NCBI GenBank assembly: GCA_973895155.1
Contig: OZ316894.1
Span: 16,050,699 to 16,114,698, forward strand
Reading direction: 5' to 3'
From: Marsupella aquatica
Taxonomy: Eukaryota; Plantae; Marchantiophyta
Length of the DNA: 64,000 bases
The notes under the pieces were generated by a model. That model was not told where the DNA came from, did no database searches, and saw nothing but the letters and a program-made list of their open reading frames with translations. This document shows, in pieces, positions 17,501 to 30,395 of this stretch. Each line of letters begins with the position of its first letter. The first letter of the stretch is position 1. Position numbers and translations under genes: made by a program.

Positions 17501-19285
17501 TTTTCCTTGTTCCCTACTTTTGCTTTGTTACCACATAAGGATAGTCATGATGGTACAAGTATGAAAAACTTTTTAGACCTGGAGTCCATTGATGGTGAGC
17601 AGTCCAATGAAGATTTGTATACCGTGGCATCAAGTGACTATGTAGACTGGACGCATAGAGTGTGGAGTGATTGATTGTAACTTGAAGACTTTGAAATCAA
17701 AAGGAATATGGCTGGTGGGGTTGCTACACTTGTATCCCTTGTCATTTTATGGGTTTGGGTCATGCACATCAAAATATGATATATATATAGTGTACCACAT
17801 TGACTTCATACCATGATAATCAATGAGTGTAAACTGTATATTACCACATTTTGGTGTGTGATTACCGGCAGGGCATTTTATGGGTCAACCCACAGTCTTA
17901 GAAGTCCGGCCCAAGTGTGTCCCGGGGCGTCGCACAATTCCACCCCCTTACCCAAAATGGTTTGTCATTGTGCATAGCCTGCATAACAACGGCAGACGGT
18001 CAATCGCCATGAAACGTGTGATAGCCTGAGTATGGAGAACCCCCTATTGCTCGACCCTCTGGGTAAATCCCCAGGGAGAATTACTTAGAGTAATTTATTT
18101 GCACTCAAGCCTTTTCCTCTCCATTCTCCCCCCTTCATTGGGTTGCTTTGCTTGTGGGACCCTGTCTCCGAGTTAGACCTTTTTGTGCACTGGCACACTG
18201 AATGGCTCATGAACAGTCCAATACTTTTTTCGTAAAATACGTGTATTTCCAGCACGAGAAACGAGGGGGGTAATGGGTACGTATGTACGGAAAAGACTGT
18301 AAATATACGCAGTACTTTCGTATGACGAAGCACGTAAAACGAGGGGCGGAGAGGGGTACGTATGAAACTATGAATGGCCCGAACTCTGAACACGTCGTCA
18401 AATCGTCAGCTCAATAATCTCAATAATCTCGAGCACAATCATCGTATCGTAATCATCATCATATTATAGTGTAATCGCAAAAACGAGTCACGAGGAGCCG
18501 TACAGCCCAACTCGCTCGCTTTCACGAGGAGGGAGATTGTGACCGATCATTCCAATCACGGACGACGAAGAAGAAGGAGGAGCTCGAGAATGCGTTACAA
18601 AGAAATTGGTTTTCTTTTCTGTGCTTCGCTAAGCGGTACAGTACAGTGGCGAGGTACTACTACTACTTCTACAACTGTAGATAATTAAATTAGCCCACGC
18701 GGATTCCTGAAGAATTCAGCACGAGGCGAAATAGAAGAGGAGTGCGTCGCTTCGAATTACTCTCTCCCTCACACAATCTATTCCTCTCTCTCACTCTCTC
18801 TGTGTCACGGCAAAGATGATTGAAGCATTTGTCTTCGTCATTCATTCTTCTCCAGCTCCCCTCCCGAAATCGAGCGATCACATTCTTTTGCCATCGGTTG
18901 CTCCATCCTTCTCCAAGCGAAGCGATGCGAAGCAAAACAATCGGTGGAGGCTCAGCGACTGCGATCGACAGCAACGGGTGTGGGGATCTTTGGATCGGTT
19001 GAATGGTGGATTAATTCGAAGGGTGACTCAGCTGGTGTCGATTCTCACGGTAAATGCACGAAGCTTATTTTCTAATGACGGTTTCCATTACTAGAAACCC
19101 CTGCCCTCCCCTCTCTCGACAGTAGAGATATTGGGTGAGGAAGGAGGTGAAGAATGTCGGTGCAGCAGTAGGAGCTTGTAGGTTCAGGAGGATTGTTAGA
19201 ACCGTCTAGCATCAGTCAAAATGTAGACGTCGTAGAAACAATTCATTACCCGCCTATGCAGTACACTCCTCGGTCGGTGCGGATG

Positions 19286-19405
19286 TTGGCTGTCGATCAG
19301 TCCGTCCGTTCGTAGATTCGTTGCTTTTGAGCTGCAGAATGATCCATCTTGGCTGTCGATTAGTCCGTCCGGCCGTAGATTCTTTGCTTTTGAGCTGCAG
19401 AATGA
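19286..19405. repeat. Tandem duplication, about 63 bp x2, upstream of the bHLH CDS
   Basis: TTGGCTGTCGAT.AGTCCGTCCG..CGTAGATTC.TTGCTTTTGAGCTGCAGAATGAT occurs twice. Confidence 0.9.
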
Positions 19406-19706
19406 TGACACTTCGTGGAGACGGATTATTGTTGTGCTTTTTCTCTCTATGGCAGCAATGAGCCTTTGTCCGAACTTTCGTATGCATCAGTAATCTGTTT
19501 GTCTGGGAGGTGTGGTAAGGTCGACATGACACGGCTTGACGGATGGCGAAGTTTGCGGGAATGAATGAGTTTAGTGTCTCGAGGTTGCTGTCGATTTGGT
19601 GACCTTTTGGTACTTTGCTTGACATGGCAGGTCGGGTCGGGTCAGGTCCGGTTAGCCAGCGCGCTCGCCCTCGCCCAGTGACACAGCTTGCAGGTCGATC
19701 GATCGG

Positions 19707-21930
19707 ATGGGCAACAAACCTCGCGGCGTGCCTTGCGAGAAGCTGATCGAGTCGTTTCAGAACTCCAACCTGCAAAGCGTTCTAGCCGGTAGTAATGACT
19801 TGTTTCAGACCGTCCACCAAGGAATGGTGACAACGTCCATGGCCTCTCCTCATCATGTTCCTCTGGACTCCTTTCCTCGACCTCCGGAAGCCGGTACCCT
19901 GCTAGAGCTCCTGGTGCAATCTGGCAATCAGACTGGCATCGGCTCTGGCAATCAGTCGGACGTGCGAAGCAGCTTGGTCGGTGGGGGCGTGATGGGCGGG
20001 AAGAGCAGTAATAGGGGCGATTTGCAGGGCCATCTAGACACATCGCAGAAAAGTTGGACCACCCAGACCAAACTGCCACCTTCGTCTATGTGGATGCTCC
20101 AACATCATATTGACAAACCGAGCCTGCCGAGTCTTCCAGGCCTCGCAGGAAGTGGCACGACCTCTCCGACGACCATTGGAGGCGTGGTCACCTCGAATGT
20201 TGCTGCTGCTGCTTCGGAAGAAAGAGGAGGAGTAGTCTGCCAAACTAGGCCGCATCAACAACCACCACTCCTTTGGTGCGACCGAAGTGGAGGAGGAAAT
20301 CTTGCGGGGGATATTGTAGAGAAGGCAGGAGTGCCTAATGCGCTTTCAATGCTTGTCAAACCCGACAGATCGGTTAGCTCGGAGGTTTTTGCTCTGGGGG
20401 CGGACTCACCATCACCAAGAGGGATGTCGAAGGATTTAGCCGACATGGATGCCAAGATGCTGGACTCGTCCGACTGTAGTGACCACAACATGGATGAACA
20501 GGAGGAGAAGAATGTGGGCAATCAGCTTGGGATGGGCAGACCTGTCTCGAAGAATTTGGTTTCAGAACGTAAGAGGAGGAAGAAGTTGAATGAGGGGCTT
20601 TACACGCTACGGGCTCTTGTCCCAAGGATCAGCAAGGTTAGTTTGGTCTTCCTGGTCACCATACTCTGGTATTTGCAGAGATATTTGATCATTGTGCTGC
20701 TCATCTATTTGGCAAATTTGAGTTTAAGACGCGTTCGTTTGAGGCTTCATAGGGTATTCTGTCATCCATGCAATTTCTGATTTCAAGGCTTGCTGGCTGG
20801 CGGTTGGGCTACAGATGGACAAGGCTTCAATCATAGGTGATGCTATCGATTTTGTGCGTGAGCTTCAAAAACAAGTGGAAGAGCTTCAGGCAGGGATTTC
20901 CGACATGGAAGCAAGTGCCGCTGGGGAGGAAGTTTTGTCGTCAGTAGTAGCAGAGACAAGTGGTGCCCAGATGTCAGACGCTCACTGCTGGGAAGAAGAT
21001 GGCAGTAGAAACTCAGTCGACAAAGGCAACACTGAGGATAACTTGGCCGACTTAACGGCTGAATCATCGGAGCAAAAGATATTAGAAGTAAGAAGACGAA
21101 ACTCTTTCTTCGATTTTTGCGAGCCTCTGTTCTTCTCACGCCTTTGCCTGATGAGTTTTTCGCCCCTAATTCCCTTCATGACTAGTATTAATCATTGGTA
21201 TGACTTGGGATCCGTGTTGGAAAGTTACGAATATAGCTGCTCCCAGTGGAAAGTGAGCTTAAGTGATCATTGCCGATGGCGGGATGCTCGTCTTGATTAA
21301 GTTGTGGGTTTGATTCAAAAATCTCGTAGGGCCGGGGCCGTGATAATTTTACTTATCGAGGAAATTTAGGTTGTAGACTGACATCGGACTTCGGGTTTTT
21401 TGGTCCCAGTTGGATGTTTCGCTAATGGAAGATCAAATCTACCATCTACGGATCTTCTGCACGAAAGGGCCTGGGGTATTCGTGCAACTGATGCAGTCTC
21501 TTGAGGCGATAGGTCTCGAGGTCCTGAATGCTAATCTCACTTCCCTCCAAGACAATATACTCAACACCTTCATTGCAGAGGTATTGTACTACAAGATATT
21601 CCCCCTCGCCATAATCAGTTGTTGTCTGGGCATGACTAGCCTCTCATGCAGTTCGGTTTCTGTTGATTGGAATCTCAAAAGGTTTTTTATCTGGAGTGAA
21701 GATGAATCTTTTGAATACCTTTGCAGTAGTGGTACTCCGACGTAATGCTAAGGATGTTAGGTGGATCTATTTCCGGCTTTTTCAGTTTGATTATTAAAGC
21801 CTTAGTTTGTACCCAATTTGCATGACTGCAGATCAAGGATTTGGAAATGATGAAGACGGAGGATGTGAAGAAGGCCATTATGGAGGTGGCTTCGCAGTTT
21901 GGTCTGCAGCAAAGCAATCAAAGACTGTAA
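19707..21930 (+). CDS. Group III bHLH transcription factor (AMS/DYT1/FIT/bHLH35-like) with C-terminal ACT-like domain, 4 coding exons
   Basis: SKNLVSERKRRKKLNEGLYTLRALVPRISK, then intron 20637-20814, then MDKASIIGDAIDFVRELQKQVEELQ. Exon ~21410-21580 gives LRIFCTKGPGVFVQLMQSLEAIGLEVLNANLTS (ACT-like). Last exon ~21832-21930 reads IKDLEMMKTEDVKKAIMEVASQFGLQQSNQRL*. Start codon is less certain. Confidence 0.9.
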
Positions 21931-23559
21931 AGACTTAGAAAGTGTCTATGCAAGCTTTATGAGGCCTTCCTTACATAAGCCTCACATCGATTCTGTGAGA
22001 GTGCCCACGTGGTTACTGCCCAGTGTTCAGGAGTTTAAATGTTCAATTTAGTGTAATCTGGTGCATTATCTTTGGTGAGTTGGTCTGTTGACAACGCGTC
22101 TGTTGACACTAGACTATCGAGTTTGCAATGTACATTTCGTTGAGGCAAAACAATTCGGCTGAGTTGAGTTGAAGCAGAACAGAACGATCTGCTTGATCAG
22201 ACTACTCCTGTCTTCTGAAGGTCTCTCTGAATGCTTAGTCTGGTTTCATACATTGTCTATCAGTCTCGAGTGGCGAATTTTTGTTCAAGCTGACGGATTC
22301 TGTTCAAACAAGGATATTGTCCCCATTGTTGCCATTGGGTTCACGATTCCTGGGAAAGGTTGAAGAGAAATATTTGGATTGCTGGAATCAAATTTATCCT
22401 GGAAAAGTCCCCGTCATCCTCTCTGCGAATGGGCACCATGTCACCCAAGTAAAATCCAGGATTAGAAGGTTCAAGTTTACCAGGTAACCCAAAACACTGA
22501 AATAGTGAAATTGCAGCATGGAACAACTTGCTGGACACCACAAATTCTGTACATTAACTGCCAGACCTGTTTAGGTTGTGGCATCATCAAAGGGAGTATT
22601 ATTAGCGGAAACGAGAATCGAGTTTTATTCGCTGAAAGGAGAATCTAAGTCCCTACTGAAGGCAAGTATACTTGAGGATCAAGTACAAGTACACCATGTA
22701 GCCCAGACCCTGAAGTTGCAGCATGGAGCAACTTGGTGGACACCAGAAATTCTGTACATATCTGGTTAGACGTGAATGTCAGTATTATTAGGCGAGATTC
22801 TAGTACCTACATTGGTAACCAACTCTGAAAAGAACCAAGGGAGCCGAACTTCTGCAAAGATAAAACACACTCCACTCTGTAGAAGACATCAAGAGGATCG
22901 CTCTTGGATTATTCAAGATCTGACGATCCGCAGACATCAGCGGAGGACATCATTGTCTCCCGGCGAAGCGTGAGGTCCGAATATTGAGATCCACACGTCA
23001 GGGATTTGGAAGGATGGACATCTGATAGATGTTAGTTTTTGGACGGTTTGTAGGTGCATCGATGAGCTTTGGATTTTCCGTGCAAAGGCAATCTGGAAGA
23101 TCTCCTGGCTAACGAGGGGAATAGTGACCCTCGCCCACAAAGGCACGTTGGTTCTTGCGAGACAGCCACAAAAGTTCTACTCCCATTAGACCACAAGCTC
23201 TAGTAGAAAGTACTGCAGACTAATAAGAAGGGGAATATGGACCCTCACACACAAGACACATTGGTTCTTGCAAGACAACCGCAAAAGTTCTACTGCCATT
23301 TCTTTTCAACCACAAATTTTAGTAGAAAGCACTCCCGGCTAATAAGGGGAATACTGACCCTCCCCCAGTCCCCCACAAGTCACGTTGGGTTGCAAGACAA
23401 CCATCAAAAATCTTCTGCTTTTGTGCTCCACTTTTGTCCTCACCTTTTGGCATTTTTTTGTCTCTCCTTGATTGGGTCTTTTCCTTGTAAAGATCATGTC
23501 TACTAGTTGGGTGCCTTTTGTTTTTTGACAGTTTTTCCTGGCGTGAACCAGAAGGAGTG

Positions 23560-24620
23560 AGAGAGGGGGGGGGGACACCAGAAAGGACTTGAGCCTTTTT
23601 GGCTTTTGTCCCGCCCTGTTGCACTATTTATTATTTTGGCATTTTATAATAGAAATATACTGGCATGTGGGCTGCAATCCCAACGTGACTCCCTCCAGTA
23701 GGATAGCAACAACAACATCCCAAAGAGAACAAACACTAGCCCTAGAAAAAACCAGATCAACCCGCCCCCTGCCAGGAACACCATCCCAAGGGGGAAGCAC
23801 ATTTCGTTGCTCCATAGCAACATGGTATCCAGAGTCCCGAGCAATGGCTACCATGATATCACTAAATGTCAGTGCGTGTGGCGGTCCACTCACTCACATG
23901 GCCACACCTGAGGATGTGAACTTTCAAAGGATCCAACAATGCCCCACAGACACATTTGGGCTGTCCAAGAAGGCAGGGGCAAGGGAGTCCACGCCGAAGG
24001 CGCATAAAAGTGGTAAAGAGGAAGGAGCTCATCCTAAAGGGGGCCCACAAGGGACTAGCAAACAGCCTCGCTCCAGAACCAGGACCTACACAAGATTAGA
24101 GCGGGGATTAGAGATGGAAAGGGTGTGATGGTGCATGCGGTTGAAAATCATCTGCTGAAAACAATCCAGACTATCTTAAACCTCCATGAAAACTGGTACA
24201 ATGGCCTGCACAACCTTGGGCAAGAGTGACTGGGCGAGAGACCTGAAAGGGGAGTACCCTTTCCTCAAACCCCATGACAAAGTAAAAGAGGATGGGTTGT
24301 AGATGCACAATGAAGTGAGAGACAAGAGCATGGGTCACTTGCGCCCAACTCCTGAGGAACACACAAGGGGCAGTGGAAACAACCAATGAAATTCCCATGC
24401 CACCCGCTGGAAGGGGGCAAGGCGGCCTGCCAAGTGGCAAAAGAACCATCCTCTCTGTCAAGGGCTCCATGGCCAATAAGATGTCCAAAGGTCCCCATCA
24501 CACTGGTATAAATCAAAGGATGAGAGCAAGGATAGAAACAAAGGAAGTTTGTGGGCGGCACCGTCTGAAGATACGAAGGGTGCTGAACGTAGAACTGGAC
24601 CAGAATCAAGAAGAGCATTT
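23560..24620 (-). mobile_element. Degenerate non-LTR retrotransposon remnant of restriction-like endonuclease (CRE-like) type
   Basis: Across frameshifted minus-strand ORFs, in order: WQAALP...GGMGI...AP.VFL.SW (post-RT), MRLRRGLP...KCVCGALLDPLKVHILRCGH (CCHC knuckle), then GYHVAMEQ...GRGRVDLVF...WDVVVA (RPD..D-like RLE motif). Confidence 0.65.
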
Positions 24621-24963
24621 CATATCTGTGTCAATTTTTGAGTATCAGTGTAGTTCACTGTAGGGGTGATCTATGGTTAGAATGAATGATCTATGTTCCA
24701 CACAAAAATGGATCTAAACATCTGAACACTATACACAGCCCCTCTCTTTTTATTCATGGTTTTATGAAAAAAAATAGGGGCATGAGGGTTCCCTGGCCAT
24801 TCAATTATGGTAACAGTTTTGACTAACCATGAGACAGACACACCTAACCTGTCACTCTCCATGCAACTCACACACACTCCTTGAATTGGATTGTATGGAT
24901 TGAGTGACTGGGTGGTCATCTCACTTATGCTCAACAACATTTTTGGTTAACAATACTCACTAT

Positions 24964-25307
24964 TGTTAGATATTGCTCTAGTCTTGTGACTCATGAGCTA
25001 ACCACAGTTAGTCTAACTCGGGTTAGGACTTAGCTAATGTTAGCGCTAGTGTTGTTGCACATATAGCCAGGTCTGATGCCAGACCCTGGTGGAACTTAGG
25101 CTCATTGTTATGGAGCTAATTGAGAGATAGGGAGAGCTTGTGCTGTGGATGCTTGGTATGGCCGATCGGCCTAGAGTGCAGTAAAGCTCTTGTGTGTTCC
25201 CGTGGACGTAGTCTCATGTGGAGGTGAACCACGTATCTCTCTGTGTCGACTATTGTGTGTTGGATGGTTCATGGGCTTGCCGTTGTGAATGTCATCTATG
25301 CTCAACA
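24964..25307 (+). mobile_element. Solo LTR of the same Copia family as the element at 54910+
   Basis: 344 bp TGTTAGA...CTCAACA that aligns end-to-end with the reverse complement of 54910-55251. It is flanked by ACTAT and AGTAT (5-bp TSD, one mismatch) and has no internal domain. Confidence 0.95.
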
Positions 25308-25689
25308 AGTATCTATGCATGCACAGGCACTGAACTAGTAGTTTATATTTATTGACAAATCACCAATATTTTCTCTTTCCTGGTACCAGGTCTTGTGATG
25401 GGAAGTGAATGGGAGAGCCTCAAAGGGTAGCTGACTGTTCATCTAGGCAAATGAAGTGCCTGGAGGGTAAGTAAACTGTTCATCTGGGGTTTTCCCATGT
25501 TTTCTCCCGGATTCTTGTTGGGGATCCTGTCTCCAGATTTGGGCCAATTTTGTCCTTTGGATTTCTCCAGGTTTCGACCTTTTAGTCCTTTGGCTGGGAG
25601 TGTGATTTCCACTGTTGATCTAAATGTAGGCAAATGTCTCTTCGTTTCAGCCTTTTTGTACTTTTTGGCTGAAATTGTGATATAGACTG

Positions 25690-26000
25690 CTCTTCTACAT
25701 CTAAGCAACTGTCTCTCCATTTGGAGCCTTTCGGATCCTGTCTCCAGCTTTGTTCATGGAGGATGTTGTTCTTTGGCTGGCAGTGTGATCTGTACTGCTC
25801 ATCTACATGTTAGCAACTGTCTCTACGTTTGGAGCCTTTCGGATCCTGTCTCCAGCTATGCTCACGGAGCATTTTGTTCTTTGGCAGTTTGGCTGGCAGT
25901 GTGATCTATGCTGCTCAATGCTCATCTACATCTAAGCAACTGTCGCTCCGTTTGGAGCCTTTCGGATCCTGTCTCCAGCTTTGTTCATGGAGGATTTTGT
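25690..26000. repeat. Tandem array, 3 diverged copies of about 110-120 bp
   Basis: TCTACAT.T.AGCAACTGTC.CT.C.TTTGGAGCCTTTCGGATCCTGTCTCCAGCT occurs at ~25694, ~25803 and ~25925. Confidence 0.9.
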
Positions 26001-26059
26001 GGCAAATGAAGAGCGGAGCCTGGAGGGTAAGTCTCCTGTTCATCCAGGCAGGAGAACTG

Positions 26060-26235
26060 TAGGCAAATGGCATCTGGGCTAGGCAAGCATTTGATCATCT
26101 AGGCAAATGAACAGGGGAAAATGACATCTGGGCTAGGCAAGCATTTGATCATCTAGGCAAATGAACAGCGGGAAAATGGCATCTAGGCCAGGCAAGCAAA
26201 TGAACAGTATGCTGGCAGTTGGCATCTCGGCAAAT
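26060..26235. repeat. Tandem array, about 52 bp unit with recurrent AGGCAA/GGCAAATG cores
   Basis: AAATG.CATCTGGGCTAGGCAAGCATTTGATCATCTAGGCAAATGAACAG occurs twice, followed by degenerate copies. Confidence 0.85.
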
Positions 26236-28519
26236 GCACAGTGGCCGGTTATGGGCAGGCCCTTTTATAGTGACACCTGTGGTCAATGCGCTTGACATAG
26301 CTTGAAGAGGGGTCAAAGAGCTTGCAGAAAACGTGCGGTTGTCAGTCCAACTATATTCGTTTTCCGGACGAGAATTAGAGTGTTTCGTTTTAGCTTCCAG
26401 AGCGTGTGATTTATCTATCCAAACACGTTATTTTCCAGATGCACACGAAATTCTGAGCATTAGAGTGTTTGATTCGTTTCCAGAGAGTGCGATCATCTAT
26501 CCAAACATGGAATTTTCCAGAGGGACACGAAATTCTTTCTTTCAAGTACATGGACGCAAGAACGATACTAGCCAGGCTTCGGATTTGCAATACAATGCAC
26601 TTAACAGTCAGGTGACCGGGGCAAAACGCATATTGGATGTCGATCAAACTTTCCGGGCAGCGAGTTTGATTCAAGTGGTTACGAGTAACGCCATAGGGCG
26701 ACAATAACGAGTCCGGAAGTATCTCCACAACGCAGCGTTATATCTTAGGGCGCCCAAAAGCCCTGTTTGATTTTAATTCCTAGCACTACAACCCATTCCC
26801 ATGTCGAGCGATGTCGATCTGAAGCAAACCATGGAAACTGTCAAAAGAAATTTGCTGTGCTTGGTCAGCCATTGCCCCTTAAAAGGAAAAAGCAGAACAA
26901 GACAATTTGAAACTAAACCTGGAACAAGTTAATTGTGAGAACATTTTAAACCCTTGTCTATCTCTCCGGATTGGATTGCGCACTTTGCAATCTCCAGCCC
27001 ACCGTTCTCAGCTTGTCGATTCTCCATGCACTAGAGTGTCATCGATTGTCACTACACTATCTGGTCCCAGTCGACCTCTTGTCCACGCCCTTATCTGTCA
27101 CTACCGTATCTCATTTTAATGAGCTCCTGAAGAGGTTGCAAAAGATCTCAGGTAAAAAAAAAACTCTCGCCGGGTAGCTCACAGGGCATTGCCATACTCA
27201 ACATCAGCATCAACCAATCCATCAAAAGTACTGAGTTGTTGTACAAAATTCTCCACATCAGAAGCCCAATTGTTTTTAGGTTTAACTAAAAGACCATAAC
27301 TATATAAACTTGCGATTCGATTAGCAAGTTGTTCAGTGCAGGAATGAACGTATCAATGCAAGGAAAACCCCTAGACTCATCGGCTGAAAACCTGCGAATA
27401 CTTCTCTTGCGTGGTAGGATTCCAGATTCGCGTAGTTGAAGATGCTGAAGATACCTTGCGTAGCAGAACCATCTCGGTTTCTGGGCAAGCGCTTTATGAA
27501 GTTGGGAAATGTAGATTGTTACCCAACAGAATCACGCGTCCGGGGCTCCTTCAACTTCTACGATCTTTCTATCCGCCCACTGCACGAGGTTCATGGATGC
27601 CTCTCGAAAACTGTCGCTGTCGTAATTTACAAATCTTTGTATTGTCATCCACTCTACTCTCGAAAAGGAACTTGCCAGAACAGGGAGCGCAGGTTCAAGA
27701 GATGTTGCGCCAGATCAAGTGCGTCCCATACATGACAGAAAAAGCAAAAAAAAGGACGATGGTTCCTGAGTTGAGGCATGCATCAGGTAGTATTCAACAG
27801 GTTTGTTGCCGTTACCAATCAACTACTATACTTGGGCCTGATGGTGAATCAGTCGGTACCGGGTATGATCCCGTCTTCACCTGATTTGTGATTGCAGTTA
27901 TATAGATACGCTGAAAGTTGTGAAAGGCGTGAAGTATATTTGCAAACAAAATAGATTCATTCATTTGGGCCACAACAGAAACGATTAATGTGATCGTTTA
28001 CGTTCTGCCAAATTGTATAGTATATATTGTAAGGACAACATTTGCTGAAACATGAATGATGATCTATGCAAACGAATATGAGTACGCGGGAGCTTACTCA
28101 TTTTGCTCATCACGTGGATGAATACGACTCATGCCATCAGAAGAGTAACTTCAAAACTAGTTGCTCATTTGAGACGGACTTCAGATTCTCTTTGTGGTTC
28201 ACTTGATATCAATTGCTCATGGATATCAATTGCTCATGTTGGGCTTCCCAACTGGATTCGAGTGTACATACTCTGTAGTCAATGTTGGCCTATCATTACT
28301 CATAAAGCTTTAGGGACTCGAGAGTTAGCAAGATCCAGACATCATAGCCGGACATGCTTTCGTACATTTTGCAAGTACGTTTATCGATGTTATTTAATTT
28401 GGGCTCCTCAAGGAAATTCTGGACATGATTTGGAACACAATGAAGACATGAAAATTGGAACACATGAATCCTCTACTGGACAAGATTGGCCGTGGAAGTA
28501 CTGGGCATGTACTTTGGCG

Positions 28520-28575
28520 AATTGAAATATATCAAGTTCAAATCTCGAATTGAAATATATCAAGTTCAAATCTCA
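28520..28575. repeat. 28 bp tandem duplication
   Basis: AATTGAAATATATCAAGTTCAAATCTC occurs twice in tandem. Confidence 0.9.
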
Positions 28576-30395
28576 ATGCAAATCTACAACCACAGGCACC
28601 AGAAAATGAAACGTGTGCTCCGTAGTACTCTGAAATGAATGCATTTTGGTCAGATCTTCCAGAAGCTCCTCCACATCTCTTAACAACACGGATGAGTAGA
28701 AATGAGTTTAATCACACCTCAGGATATCCGCTAGAGAAACCTGAAGTACTGTGCAGGCACGAGGATTCGAAGCTAAATTCCCATGTATGAGAAAAAATGA
28801 AAGATCGAGAGGGCAATTTTGAGATCCTTGGCTTAAAATCACATATGGACAGAAGAATTGGGAACTTAAGGTATAAGTTTGTCACACCAAGATTCCCTGG
28901 AGGAGTCAATTCTACATTTATATAAGATCCGAAATGCATGTCCAAGTGAAATTGAATTGTCCTCGGATATAAAATAAGGTCCAGCTTGTGACCTCGTAAC
29001 CAGGCACAAAAACGAAAATTATACTGATGAAAAGACACAAACCACAGTAGTACAGGAAAAATTCTAAAGGCCAGTTTCAACATAAAGATGCAAGGGGTAA
29101 CACAACGAAAGCTGGATGATAGAAATCTAGATGACAGAGTCCAATTAAAGACACGAGATGGAGTATGTTTCAATGAATGAACGAAAATAGCTAAGGGAGA
29201 GAACACTACTAAGGTTCATTAATTCATTCTCGCATATGCTTTATCAACTCAGCGATAACGAAATTCCGATTGTAGGTATAGCTTCAATATGTTCTCGTGT
29301 TGGAAAAACTTTCAATACAATTATATCATTTAGCACAGCAGAGAAGCTGAAGAGCAAGGAAGGACTGAAAGAGAAAAGAAGTACATCGCTGCAAGAGTGA
29401 AGAGGAAGTTCGTTGTCAATTTTCTGCATAAATGGATCAGTCGATCATCAGTGACAAAGACCGGGATATTCTAAGCGGAAGCCTCGGCCACTTCTGAGTA
29501 TGTCCCAAATGCGGCGATTATTACTAATACTACAGAAGAAATGTAGCTCTGCAATCTGCGATGCTTTCTGCTACCACCTATATACAGACGAAAAGCTTTG
29601 AACATACAATGAGTACCGCTACGTACTCTTGAAGAAAGAAGAACTTATTCTCGTCACTTCCACTGAACACATGAGCCTAGAATTACATGAAACCGACTTC
29701 ACCCAAGTCTGATTGAACAGGAAGTGTTGTACTAGTTTTGGCACAAAGTAATTCTCTAGGTATCAGACCAGGATCGCGACAAGTCGAATATAAGAAACTC
29801 TCTGACAGCAACGATAAATGTGTAAAAGAGTGGGGTGCGTTTGGAATTGCGCCTCATGCTCCAAGCAAACCATTGGGAACCAGGAGACAGGAGGAAGAAA
29901 GAACGTAGTCACGTTGCCTCAAAAATGTTTATAAGTTCTCCCTCTTCCGGTAAAATCACCAGAGAAAGAGGCTTACTTGAAGTTCTCCCCGACTGCTGAA
30001 CTCAACCTTCGATAGACCTTCTCCCAACAAAAGCAAGGATTGCGACAGTCGAAGGAGCAACGAGAAGACGCAAACCGATTGGGGCTAGATGAGTGCTTGC
30101 GATCGCGCAGCTTCTCCTTAGTGTCTTTGCTTACACAACCAAAACGAGCAGAAACGGCGAGCCACCGCTTCTCTCTAGCAATGCAGGATTTCTCCCTACG
30201 GACACAGCCCTGCTTACGGACGGACAGACATCCTTTTGTTTTCCTAGAGTCCTCGCTATGCTCGGGAATGGTTGCTGCAGATTGATCGTCATTGCATATT
30301 GTAAAGAGTGGCTCCCTGACCTTGGAACGGAATAGTCATGAGAATACTGTAGGCAATCCGGGTTACGACGAGGTCCAGCGAAATCGTAAGCTCTC

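Noticed and set aside
27411-28525. ORFs of 140-157 aa in the intergenic region
   Set aside because: They have non-ATG starts, no recognisable motifs and no consistent exon chain.
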